Shown here one piece after another: positions 10,432-16,705 of a stretch of DNA of 64,000 nucleotides; the first letter of the stretch is position 1; every line of letters begins with the position of its first letter. The translations under genes and the position numbers were made by a program. The DNA lies in the IMG/VR virus record IMGVR_UViG_3300034375_009028. The stretch is one strand, 5' to 3'. This DNA is from a virus. Lineage: Duplodnaviria; Caudoviricetes. The notes beneath the pieces were generated by a model, which saw nothing but the letters and a program-made list of their open reading frames with translations, had not been told where the DNA came from and ran no database searches.

Positions 10432-10519
10432 CGGGTCGCTGGGTATAAAGAACTCAGCGACTCTAAGTGTTGCTCTCACGCATAAAAGGGTCGCTGAGTT
10501 CTTTATACCCAGCGACCCG
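10432..10519. repeat. Perfect 30-bp inverted repeat with self-complementary arms
   Basis: CGGGTCGCTGGGTATAAAGAACTCAGCGAC (10432-10461) is the exact reverse complement of 10490-10519; 28-nt spacer. Confidence 0.95.
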
Positions 10520-10530
10520 CTAAATGTAAC

Positions 10531-10788
10531 TTAGTGTGCCATTACGATGTAACGGAAGAATGTACCTTCTGCCAATTCTTCATCACTAGCGTCACAAATA
10601 GCAGTCCACGCAGGAACACTATTCGGACAATATACATCAACAGAATCTACAACGTCATCAGGAATAGCGTCAATTGTTGCTCCAAACCGCGCCCATAGTG
10701 TGCGGTTGCTAAGATCAAAATCGAACGATTCATCAATCGCAGCAATCCAATCGGTTTCAGATTGCAGTTCGGAGATGGTAAGTGCCAT
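10531..10788 (-). CDS. Hypothetical early protein
   Basis: ORF track, 85 aa, acidic. Confidence 0.7.
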   Translation of the reverse strand: MALTISELQSETDWIAAIDESFDFDLSNRTLWARFGATIDAIPDDVVDSVDVYCPNSVPAWTAICDASDEELAEGTFFRYIVMAH

Positions 10789-10843
10789 GAGAATTGAAAG
10801 AATCAGGGTGTGAGATAAGGGGGACGATTGTCCCCCGATTGTT

Positions 10844-10978
10844 CTATTCTTCGGGACCGAAAGCGCACTCTAGAGAGTACATTTCCAGTTCCTGATCATC
10901 ATCATAAACTGCCTGCCAATCCTCATCAGTGGGAGTGTAGATTTCTTCAATCTGCTGCTGATCAGTGAAAGGATTCAT
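10844..10978 (-). CDS. Small acidic hypothetical protein (44 aa)
   Basis: Hand translation MNPFTDQQQIEEIYTPTDEDWQAVYDDDQELEMYSLECAFGPEE; TATCAT -10 upstream. Confidence 0.65.
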   Translation of the reverse strand: MNPFTDQQQIEEIYTPTDEDWQAVYDDDQELEMYSLECAFGPEE

Positions 10979-11050
10979 GGGGTTGTCTGTGTGGGACTTG
11001 ATCATGATAGCGACTAGGGGGGCACCCCGTAGGGTGCCCGTTACCTTTGT

Positions 11051-11332
11051 TCACACTACAGCGGCGGCGATCAGATCACGCTTGCGACGGGTGGAGGGCA
11101 TGGAAAACCAGAGGTCCCGCTTGCCAGTTTTCTGATTTCGGGTTGCTGCCAGTTGCCCACGGGTTTCCAGATCCACCAGCACGGCGTGGATGGTGCCCTT
11201 GTGGCGCTTAGGATCAAGACCCATGGCGCGAACTAGGTCGGTGCCTGTCATCGGACCTTTCTTGATCAGGATGCTGCGGGCAGCGATGCGGATCGCGGTG
11301 TGGAAGCAACGGTCGATTGCGGTGATGATCAT
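11051..11332 (-). CDS. Winged helix-turn-helix DNA-binding protein
   Basis: ILIKKGPMTGTDLVRAMGL..KGTIHAVLVDLETRGQL...DLWF has the helix-helix-recognition helix-wing pattern. Confidence 0.6.
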   Translation of the reverse strand: MIITAIDRCFHTAIRIAARSILIKKGPMTGTDLVRAMGLDPKRHKGTIHAVLVDLETRGQLAATRNQKTGKRDLWFSMPSTRRKRDLIAAAVV

Positions 11333-11382
11333 GGTCTGGGTTGGGTTGTGCGGGTGTGTCCCGCGTGATCTAATGATAACGC

Positions 11383-11547
11383 CTAGAGGGTCACCTGCCA
11401 GGTCGTCGGAGCGGGTTTGTCACAATCTGAAATAATGAAAAGTTGTGAGAGAAAGTGTTGCCATTCAGCATCAGTCATCACCACACAATTCTTTTCATCA
11501 AGTTCGCGTTGTGCGCGTTCGGAAAGTTTCAAGCGGAGATCTTTCAT
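11383..11547 (-). CDS. Small hypothetical protein (54 aa)
   Basis: Hand translation MKDLRLKLSERAQRELDEKNCVVMTDAEWQHFLSQLF... Confidence 0.5.
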   Translation of the reverse strand: MKDLRLKLSERAQRELDEKNCVVMTDAEWQHFLSQLFIISDCDKPAPTTWQVTL

Positions 11548-11557
11548 TGTTCTGATG

Positions 11558-11719
11558 TCAGTTTTTTGTGGACTTGAAAGTTACAACCTCAGCAGGAGAT
11601 CCGCAGGAGCGATAGAAATCAACCATACGGTTTGCCTCATCAATAGTGGCAAATGTTTGCTCTCTCCACTCACAAGAATTGTAGGGAGTTTGGTAGCGAA
11701 TAGTGATGCCGATTGCCAT
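11558..11719 (-). CDS. Conserved cyanophage small protein (53 aa)
   Basis: Hand translation MAIGITIRYQTPYNSCEWREQTFATIDEANRMVDFYRSCGSPAEVV. Confidence 0.7.
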   Translation of the reverse strand: MAIGITIRYQTPYNSCEWREQTFATIDEANRMVDFYRSCGSPAEVVTFKSTKN

Positions 11720-11770
11720 GATGTTAAGGTGAAGAATGGGAGGGGGATTGCTCCCCCTAAGTGTTTCAAA

Positions 11771-12016
11771 TCAGGCGGTGATTTCCATCCACTTGATCGG
11801 TTGAATAGTTCCCATTTTCCAGATGGTAACTTTTCTCCCGTGCAGTTCTACACTCCAATCGAATGCAGCATCCCTGGCAGAATCGAAATCAGAAAACATT
11901 TCGATCATTGCCTCGTTAAAGTTGAAATCAGGACCGATTGCCCACATGATGCTCGTTTGGGTTGTGCGAGGTCCGTTGCCTCGCTTGAATGTATATTTGC
12001 ACCGATCGGGGTGCAT
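11771..12016 (-). CDS. Hypothetical early protein
   Basis: ORF track; DSARDAAFDWSVELHG pattern; true start may be downstream. Confidence 0.6.
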   Translation of the reverse strand: MHPDRCKYTFKRGNGPRTTQTSIMWAIGPDFNFNEAMIEMFSDFDSARDAAFDWSVELHGRKVTIWKMGTIQPIKWMEITA

Positions 12017-12024
12017 TTCAAGCG

Positions 12025-12222
12025 TTAGTGTGCGCTTTGCCGATTGGCACGTACCTTTGCAATTGTTTTCTTTATGTTTGCAATTGCGCGATGATCGCTG
12101 ATAGTTTTGGCGGTGACAATTTGCACACCGTCAGCATCACGCCAAACATAATGTTTCTTCTCACGGACTAGTTCAAATCCGCAGGATTTCATGTACTCTT
12201 TTAGAATGTTTTTGGTTTTCAT
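12025..12222 (-). CDS. HicA-like (dsRBD-fold) mRNA interferase, no HicB partner
   Basis: GFELVREKKHYVWRDADGVQIVTAKTISDHRAIANIKK matches the HicA pattern G(F/W)xxxRxxxxH...(T)PSD.RA..N. Confidence 0.6.
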   Translation of the reverse strand: MKTKNILKEYMKSCGFELVREKKHYVWRDADGVQIVTAKTISDHRAIANIKKTIAKVRANRQSAH

Positions 12223-12257
12223 GATAAAGAATGGGGGGCAATCGCCCCCCTGTTAGG

Positions 12258-12872
12258 TTAGATCAAACCCTTGTGAATGCGACGGTATGCAACCCATGTG
12301 ATCGCTTGAATTTGCGATGCTAGGTGTACCTTACCTGTCACCTCAGAGATTAACTTAGCAGCGTCACGGTAAGCATCTTGAATCTTACCGAAAGTCTTGT
12401 CTGACATAGCAGGAACCGCTTTCAGGTTAGAAACACTGCCGTTCCAAACATTGTAGGCGTGACCATCAATGCAAGGCGTGTCACTTTTACCATCAGTGGC
12501 AATACAGAGAAAAAATGCGATAGTTTTGTTGCCACGCAATACTTTCACAATTTGCTCCCTTTTAAGTTGCAAATCAAGAATCATGATCGCCTTATCTTTG
12601 TTTGCAGAGTAACTACAAACAGAGACAGAATTGTAGGGGATTTCATATGCCCAGGCACGCAACATTGCCTCAGCATCCTCTACATTTCTTTCCCACTTAT
12701 TGTTTGGGGAAAGTGCAGCGATCACACCTGCCACGATGTCAGAATCGACACCATACTTTTCGCCAAGGTCAACACAAACGCCATAGGCGTTGCTGTACCA
12801 TTGCAGACCTATTTGGCGATCGAGAGTGTTGCTCTGGAAATACATCGCAACGATCGAATCAGTGTGTGCCAT
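12258..12872 (-). CDS. Phage protein with HhH-GPD/EndoIII glycosylase-like features
   Basis: GLQWY..A, VIAALSPNNKWERN, LRGNKTIAFF and CIDGHAYNVW (cf. glycosylase VDxH), QIQAITWV; widespread phage family. Confidence 0.55.
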   Translation of the reverse strand: MAHTDSIVAMYFQSNTLDRQIGLQWYSNAYGVCVDLGEKYGVDSDIVAGVIAALSPNNKWERNVEDAEAMLRAWAYEIPYNSVSVCSYSANKDKAIMILDLQLKREQIVKVLRGNKTIAFFLCIATDGKSDTPCIDGHAYNVWNGSVSNLKAVPAMSDKTFGKIQDAYRDAAKLISEVTGKVHLASQIQAITWVAYRRIHKGLI

Positions 12873-12898
12873 GTCGTGAAATGAATTTCGACCCTCAA

Positions 12899-12927
12899 AG
12901 TATTGCAGCGATCCGCTGCAAAGTCAA
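12899..12927 (-). promoter_or_regulatory. Sigma70-type early promoter with a palindromic spacer
   Basis: TTGACT-17 nt-AATACT; the spacer region is TTGCAGCG-GAT-CGCTGCAA. Confidence 0.75.
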
Positions 12928-12984
12928 CAGGTTTTAGATCAGCAACGCTTATCAGTGACATCAGAAATACTTATAGCCCAGGGG

Positions 12985-13014
12985 TTGACTTTAGGGGCAC
13001 ACTGCCCCTACGCT
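12985..13014 (+). promoter_or_regulatory. Candidate plus-strand (antisense) sigma70 promoter
   Basis: TTGACT-18 nt-TACGCT; the spacer contains TAGGGGCA-CAC-TGCCCCTA. Confidence 0.45.
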
Positions 13015-13051
13015 AGAGGGCGGGAGGGGTGGGAAGCACAATAAAAAATAT

Positions 13052-13080
13052 AAAAAAATACCACGCCGAAGGCGTGGTAT
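13052..13080 (-). terminator. Intrinsic terminator
   Basis: ATACCACGCC-TTC-GGCGTGGTAT plus a T-run on the minus strand, downstream of the 13139 gene. Confidence 0.85.
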
Positions 13081-13138
13081 GATACAACCCACTTACTTAC
13101 AAATCAATCACACAAACTATACAATAGGCATTCTCCGT

Positions 13139-13327
13139 TTAGTTTAACATCCAATGGGGGTCATTGTTGACATTAACCCAGAAGAAGTTGCGATTGTTTG
13201 CACTTCTTAAGAATAGCATGTCGCCTTTAACCTGTTCAATGATACAGGTTCCGTCACATCCCATTAGATTAGCAAAACGGTTTTTTGCTTTGCTAGATTT
13301 TGGCGTGACGGTTGCCAGGGTGTCCAT
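13139..13327 (-). CDS. Conserved cyanophage hypothetical protein (paralogue of 37766..37960)
   Basis: VTPKSSKAKNRFANLM...LFLRSANNRNFFWV..NDPHW. Confidence 0.75.
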   Translation of the reverse strand: MDTLATVTPKSSKAKNRFANLMGCDGTCIIEQVKGDMLFLRSANNRNFFWVNVNNDPHWMLN

Positions 13328-13500
13328 CAGAATTCAATTGGTTGATCTGTTGGTTGAATTGTAGCACACTTTGTCATGTACTTATGAATCTTCTGATCCA
13401 TTGATGGAGTCTCCTCAGAAGTAAGATTCTCAAGAATCCAGAGGATCTCAGAACCAGTTTGACCTTTCTTCAAAAGAGTAGTCATCATTTCAGTAGACAT
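13327..13500 (-). CDS. Small hypothetical protein (57 aa)
   Basis: Hand translation MSTEMMTTLLKKGQTGSEILWILENL...; TGATG overlap with the next gene. Confidence 0.65.
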   Translation of the reverse strand: MSTEMMTTLLKKGQTGSEILWILENLTSEETPSMDQKIHKYMTKCATIQPTDQPIEF

Positions 13501-13549
13501 AATTGAATCCTTAGATGACGTGAATTTAGTCGAGATTAATTGATTGATA

Positions 13550-13585
13550 CTCGACGAGATAATTTGATGATTACCTCGTCGAGAT
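13550..13585. repeat. Two CTCG(T/A)CGAG palindrome copies
   Basis: CTCGACGAGAT at 13550 and CTCGTCGAGAT at 13575; same core as at 14891 and 16437-16518. Confidence 0.85.
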
Positions 13586-13594
13586 TTTCTACAC

Positions 13595-13855
13595 TCAGGC
13601 AGTCACGATTTGCAGAGTGCCATCCTTGATCTGGCAGTTGATGAAGGAACCAACGCTCTCACCCAGGCGGATCACCTCATTGGCATCCTGTTGGAAGCGA
13701 GCAGGATCCTGCACAGTGTAGTTGTAATTGCGTCCGCCCTTAAAGGTCACGGTCACGTTACCATCATCCATGATGCTCAGGGCATCAAGGGCAGAGGAGG
13801 TGAAGGTGGAGACTTCCAGAGCGGTAGGAGCAACAGGGGTAGCAGTCATGATCAT
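13595..13855 (-). CDS. KTSC-domain-like protein
   Basis: SSALDALSI...VTVTFKGGRNYNY...ESVGSFINCQIK matches the KTSC pattern (SS.I....L.V.F..G..Y.Y...S.G.Y.N..IK). Confidence 0.6.
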   Translation of the reverse strand: MIMTATPVAPTALEVSTFTSSALDALSIMDDGNVTVTFKGGRNYNYTVQDPARFQQDANEVIRLGESVGSFINCQIKDGTLQIVTA

Positions 13856-13963
13856 AAAAAAATAAAGGTTTGAGTGAAGTGTTTTGAGCGGGATGCTTCA
13901 CCCCCGCTGATGCAATCAGTATAGCATGGACTGGTTGGGGGGTGGAACCCCCCTTGTGCCAGT

Positions 13964-14215
13964 TTAGAGATCGGTCAGCATCTCATCCAGGGCAGCGGTG
14001 TCGATGGTGGGATCCATCCAGCGAGCACCATCAGGAGTCATCTGACCCCACATGATTTCCAGACGGGGAATCAGGGAGTCGTAGGAGTCATAACGCTGAG
14101 CGACCCGATAGGTTTCGTAGTCGTTCTGAATCCAGAGGGACACGTTCCAGGTTGCCCAGTTCTTCCAACCGTTGAAGTCGGTGCGCTCAGGGATCAGAGA
14201 AGTGAGGCGGTCCAT
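13964..14215 (-). CDS. Conserved phage protein (NGWxNxxTWNV family)
   Basis: FNGWKNWATWNVSLWIQND; preceded by the TTGACT-17-TATTGT promoter. Confidence 0.75.
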   Translation of the reverse strand: MDRLTSLIPERTDFNGWKNWATWNVSLWIQNDYETYRVAQRYDSYDSLIPRLEIMWGQMTPDGARWMDPTIDTAALDEMLTDL

Positions 14216-14237
14216 GTGTTTGTTTGAACTGAGGTCA

Positions 14238-14266
14238 CAATAGGACGGATGGGGGGCAGAGTCAAC
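14238..14266 (-). promoter_or_regulatory. Sigma70-type early promoter
   Basis: GGGG-TTGACT-CTGCCCCCCATCCGTCC-TATTGT (17-nt spacer). Confidence 0.75.
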
Positions 14267-14277
14267 CCCCTGACTGA

Positions 14278-14460
14278 TTAGTTTTCCTGATCCTCCAACA
14301 GTTCAGGATAATAATCTTTAATCTCAGTGATTAGTTCTTCTTGAGTGTAATCAGTGAGATTTTCTACCAATGTGTCATAAACAAAACATTCCATTGTTTT
14401 CATGTCCATGCTATCCAGCAGTTGCTGAGCATAGGAATGAATCAGATCTTCTTTGTTCAT
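14278..14460 (-). CDS. Hypothetical protein
   Basis: ORF track, 60 aa (YAQQLLDSMDMKTM...YYPELLE). Confidence 0.7.
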   Translation of the reverse strand: MNKEDLIHSYAQQLLDSMDMKTMECFVYDTLVENLTDYTQEELITEIKDYYPELLEDQEN

Positions 14461-14461
14461 G

Positions 14462-14662
14462 TCAGAATGAGAGGTAGGGATGATCAGAGTCTAACTCCTG
14501 ATTGGTGTCGGATGCGGTGAGAAGTGTTGTGATGGGATAATACTCATCAGCATCTGGATCATACACCATAGGAGTGCAGTCTAGTTGCTCTGCTGTCATA
14601 GACTGTAACATGATCAAAAGATCTTTGTAAGTCTGACAACCGTAGGGTGCATTAGGTGTCAT
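14462..14662 (-). CDS. Hypothetical protein (likely start MTPNAPYG)
   Basis: ORF track trimmed to the ATGA overlap with the upstream gene. Confidence 0.65.
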   Translation of the reverse strand: MTPNAPYGCQTYKDLLIMLQSMTAEQLDCTPMVYDPDADEYYPITTLLTASDTNQELDSDHPYLSF

Positions 14663-14874
14663 TTGAGAATAATGCGATAATCTACAGATTTGACGCACCA
14701 TCCTGATGCAGTGCTGATCTCATCCATGAGATCTTCTTCATCATCAGCATCCCAGAATTGACCGACATAAACATCACTAAGACGTTCTTCTGTCATGATC
14801 TGATCTGATTCTGACCAATCATCCTCACAATCGAGAGAACAATCGAATTGAATTGAAGTGATTTGATACTTCAT
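14659..14874 (-). CDS. Hypothetical acidic protein (likely start MKYQITSIQFD)
   Basis: ORF track trimmed to the ATGA overlap. Confidence 0.7.
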   Translation of the reverse strand: MKYQITSIQFDCSLDCEDDWSESDQIMTEERLSDVYVGQFWDADDEEDLMDEISTASGWCVKSVDYRIILK

Positions 14875-15005
14875 GATACTTGCGTGCGCGTCTCGTCGAG
14901 ATTTTCTGAACAAAGAAATTCTAGCATGTAGTAATCTACCGTGACTTCTTTCGCCGCGGCCAATTCCTCAAGAGCAGAGTCAAATGCAGCGTCAAGTTCG
15001 TTCAT
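14871..15005 (-). CDS. Small hypothetical protein (44 aa)
   Basis: Hand translation MNELDAAFDSALEELAAAKEVTVDYYMLEFL... Confidence 0.65.
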   Translation of the reverse strand: MNELDAAFDSALEELAAAKEVTVDYYMLEFLCSENLDETRTQVS

Positions 15006-15073
15006 TGGAGTGGTGTGAACTGAAGTAATTATTGCACCCCCCAGGTGGTTCTGGGGGGATTGGTGGACAGTGC

Positions 15074-15595
15074 TCAGACCGTCACAAGAGATCCTTTGCC
15101 AACAGTCAGTGGTTCCTCTGTAAGGAAGTCATACTCAGCGGTGTTAGTGTCACCCCATCCCAACTTCCAACACTGCCAACCATCACCAGGAGTGAACAGA
15201 TAGCACCACTCTTCTCCACAATTACCACTGAGGAAGTCATCGAAGTCGCCAATCTTAGGGGGAGCATCCTCACCTCGCTCACTGTAATACAGGGGCGAAG
15301 GTGTTGCTTTCACTGGAGAATAGACCCAGTTGTCATCAGCATCACGCATGTAATCGACGGTCTTTGTACCATCAGCATGGTGAATTGTTTGCTTCAACGG
15401 TGCAGATTCCCACATGTGGGTAGAGTGAAGCGAGGACATATCGCCACCGTTGATGAGTTCTTCTACCTGTTCTTTATAAAGGTAGTTGTCAATTAGTTTG
15501 CGACCAGTATACTGAATGTAACCGTCATAATGACAGTAAACACTGATGATCTGATCAGGACCGAGGGCAAGACCGATGCGAGAGCGAGTTCCCAT
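15074..15595 (-). CDS. Conserved phage protein (MGTRSRIG..SVYCHYDGY family)
   Basis: The ATG at 15595 gives the family-typical N-terminus; TACACT -10 with hairpin upstream. Confidence 0.8.
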   Translation of the reverse strand: MGTRSRIGLALGPDQIISVYCHYDGYIQYTGRKLIDNYLYKEQVEELINGGDMSSLHSTHMWESAPLKQTIHHADGTKTVDYMRDADDNWVYSPVKATPSPLYYSERGEDAPPKIGDFDDFLSGNCGEEWCYLFTPGDGWQCWKLGWGDTNTAEYDFLTEEPLTVGKGSLVTV

Positions 15596-15663
15596 GGGTT
15601 GTGAGTGGGGTGAACTGGAATCAGTGTAGCAGATTTGGGGGTGGTGTCCACCCCCTGAGGGAA

Positions 15664-15837
15664 TCAGTAGCGAGAATCCTCCAAGGTCTCCTTGAAGACC
15701 TGACTGACCTCCTCCCAGTGGTAGTCCTTCAGAGGACCGCACTGGTCTTCCATCCAATCATACACCATGCACCAGTCGGCGTCCATTTCTAGGACGAACT
15801 GAGGCAGGGACTGGAGAGCGGACTTAAAAGTGGTCAT
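15664..15837 (-). CDS. Hypothetical protein (paralogue of 18553..18819)
   Basis: MTTFKSALQSLPQFVLEMDADWCMVYDWMEDQC; TTGCCA-17-TAATAT promoter at about 15861-15889. Confidence 0.7.
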   Translation of the reverse strand: MTTFKSALQSLPQFVLEMDADWCMVYDWMEDQCGPLKDYHWEEVSQVFKETLEDSRY

Positions 15838-16132
15838 GACCCGTTGGGTGAACTGCACAAATATTACCAACCCCTCCAACCCCTGGCAACCGCTTCCGAA
15901 CCACCTCACAGACTGTCACAGGCACCTCTCACAGCGTTTTAAAAGTCGTTATAATCTATGGACAATCAGCACCAACGGCAGTGGGGTAACTGCCTGATCA
16001 ATGCATCGTCACTCAACTTGCAATATTTTTTTATAAAAAACATTAAGAAAAAACCCATTAATGTGTGCCATCCCACAAACACACACTAATGGGTTATTAT
16101 AATATGTTAAGAAGTAGTTATGGTGTACCCAC

Positions 16133-16306
16133 TCACCAATTCGTAGCGTCTAGTTCTTCAACATATGCACTCACGGTCTCATCACCCTCCAGTTGGAACA
16201 CGTCATCATAATTGATTTGATGAGCATCAAAATCGTCACGAACTTCGAATTCTAAAGTAACACGAACTTTGCGCTTTTGTGCTGCGTGGTAAACTGAAGA
16301 TGCCAT
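16133..16306 (-). CDS. Conserved cyanophage small protein (57 aa)
   Basis: Hand translation MASSVYHAAQKRKVRVTLEFEVRDDFDAHQINYDDVFQLEGDETVSAYVEEL. Confidence 0.75.
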   Translation of the reverse strand: MASSVYHAAQKRKVRVTLEFEVRDDFDAHQINYDDVFQLEGDETVSAYVEELDATNW

Positions 16307-16330
16307 GAGAACCTTTGTGCGAACAGTGAT

Positions 16331-16359
16331 ATTATACTATGAGATTTAATATCCGTCAA
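16331..16359 (-). promoter_or_regulatory. Strong sigma70-type promoter
   Basis: TTGACG-17 nt-TATAAT. Confidence 0.85.
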
Positions 16360-16408
16360 CGCATGAACGTGACAATCACGATGATATTTAGAATGTTATA
16401 ATGATCTT

Positions 16409-16520
16409 ATGATTGATATTATGATGATTCGCACACATCTCGTCGAGATTTATATGATTGATATATGATTGATGACGCACATCTCGTCGAGATTGTCAAG
16501 TGCGCGTCTCGTCGAGATTT
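16409..16520. repeat. Iteron-like tandem repeats with ATCTCGTCGAGAT palindromes
   Basis: Copies at 16437, 16481 and 16507; the first two sit in ~45-bp direct repeats starting ATGATTGATA. Confidence 0.9.
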
Positions 16521-16553
16521 GTGAGACCCCTCATATATTTTTCTTCGCGGTTC

Positions 16554-16582
16554 TTGTATTTTTTTCGCGGTTGTGCTATAAT
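16554..16582 (+). promoter_or_regulatory. Plus-strand sigma70 promoter with extended -10
   Basis: TTGTAT-17 nt-TATAAT with TGC before the -10; no plus-strand ORF downstream. Confidence 0.7.
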
Positions 16583-16654
16583 ACGCGGTCCAAGATCACA
16601 AGGATCTAGAGGATCTAGAAGATTTATAAGAGATTTTAGATCATATTTATAACA

Positions 16655-16705
16655 TTATCCACAGTAATTCATACCTTTTCCACAGAATACGCAGAGTTTT
16701 CCACA
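16655..16705 (+). promoter_or_regulatory. Three DnaA-box consensus sites at 21-bp spacing
   Basis: TTATCCACA (16655), TTTTCCACA (16676), TTTTCCACA (16697), each followed by G; all fit TT(A/T)TNCACA. Confidence 0.75.

Noticed and set aside
11581-11769. 62-aa minus-strand ORF
   Set aside because: Out of frame with the better-supported 11558..11719 gene and starts inside an intergenic hairpin.
11190-15792. Long plus-strand ORFs in the GC-rich island (11417..12028, 12459..12884, 15032..15496 and others)
   Set aside because: They overlap well-supported minus-strand genes with their own promoters; higher GC reduces antisense stops.
15976-16010. Possible hammerhead ribozyme (hairpin followed by CTGATCA)
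   Set aside because: Core needs CUGAUGA and GAAA with three stems; neither is present.
16409-16520. Possible mini-CRISPR array
   Set aside because: Repeats are only 13-21 nt and the intervening sequences resemble each other rather than being unique spacers; no cas genes.
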